Of a DNA stretch of 64,000 nucleotides, positions 63,446-64,000 are shown piece after piece. Numbering within the stretch: position 1 is the stretch's first letter; every line of letters begins with the position of its first letter. The DNA lies in contig OX597819.1 in the NCBI GenBank assembly GCA_951406725.2, positions 86,118,001 to 86,182,000 on the forward strand, in the 5' to 3' direction. The translations under genes were made by a program, and so were the position numbers. The notes below the pieces were generated by a model. That model made no database searches. It was not told the DNA's origin and worked only from the letters and a program-made list of their open reading frames with translations. The stretch comes from Octopus vulgaris (taxonomy: Eukaryota).

Positions 63446-64000
63446 TCAAATTGAAACGGTTGTGTACGGTATAATATTACTGGTTTATGTGTAGCGATTA
63501 ATAATATGTGGGAGCAAAATCATACTATATTTTTTTTTACAAAGGTACATGCTTAAGCTACTCTTAATAATACTTATGTTTCAATAACATGAGGTCACCT
63601 CTTTCAGAAGTCAGCTGGATAGGTAATCTCTTCTATTTTCTTTAATGGCTGAGAGATACAGCTTTCTCAGAAAGAATACCAATCTCACGCATGTTACTGA
63701 CACAAGCTAAGTTTGAACTATCCCCGTATGTCAGCCAAACAGTCATCAATTTCACAGTCCTTGTTGCAATGATGATCGATTCTATAGGGCGTTATATTTT
63801 GTTATAGCCTTGCAGATTTATGAACTGATGTCTTGGGCATGGATGCAGCGTAAGCTTTGACAGTTATGTCAAACAGATACGGCCGACTTGCTCAGCAATT
63901 TACCAACTGGGTCACTCGCGTGTCTCAAAGAAAATAGATCATTATCATATTTGGATTATTTTGTTTGACAAGAAAACAGAAATATTTTCTTTTAAAATAA

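Noticed and set aside
63800-63900. DVLGMDAA*AFDS-like RT remnant on the plus strand; also KIEAFE-like text near 6230
   Set aside because: Too short and degraded to call an element with confidence.

Overview
AT-rich, microsatellite-dense eukaryotic DNA. The SINE families and the (TA)n/(CA)n/(ATCT)n load look like an octopus or other coleoid cephalopod; this is inferred from pattern recognition, not from a search. The whole window appears to lie inside one large minus-strand gene, a contactin-type IgSF adhesion molecule. Six phase-compatible GT-AG exons (55830-55690, 48963-48869, 29904-29815, 19737-19590, 16954-16833, 2013-1827; 783 nt) encode the second half of FN3 repeat 1 plus repeats 2-3, including the GGGGGKVG motif. 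The introns (2.6-19 kb) are packed with transposons: Tx1/L1, R4/Dong x3, CR1-like, RTE x2, Penelope-like x2, Tc1 x2, mariner-like x2, pogo-like, Helitron-like, MITEs and many tRNA-SINEs. Most listed ORFs are microsatellite artefacts. The best hidden signal is a set of hammerhead-ribozyme motifs. One is fully canonical (33392-33475) and a sister copy lies at 2540-2622; both are on the gene's sense strand. Several atypical or decayed hammerheads from other families are also present. Other candidates are an inverted SINE pair enclosing an exon, a 1.1-kb fold-back, a compact hairpin, a possible 28-nt poison microexon and a Tx1 element embedded in an (ATCT)n tract.
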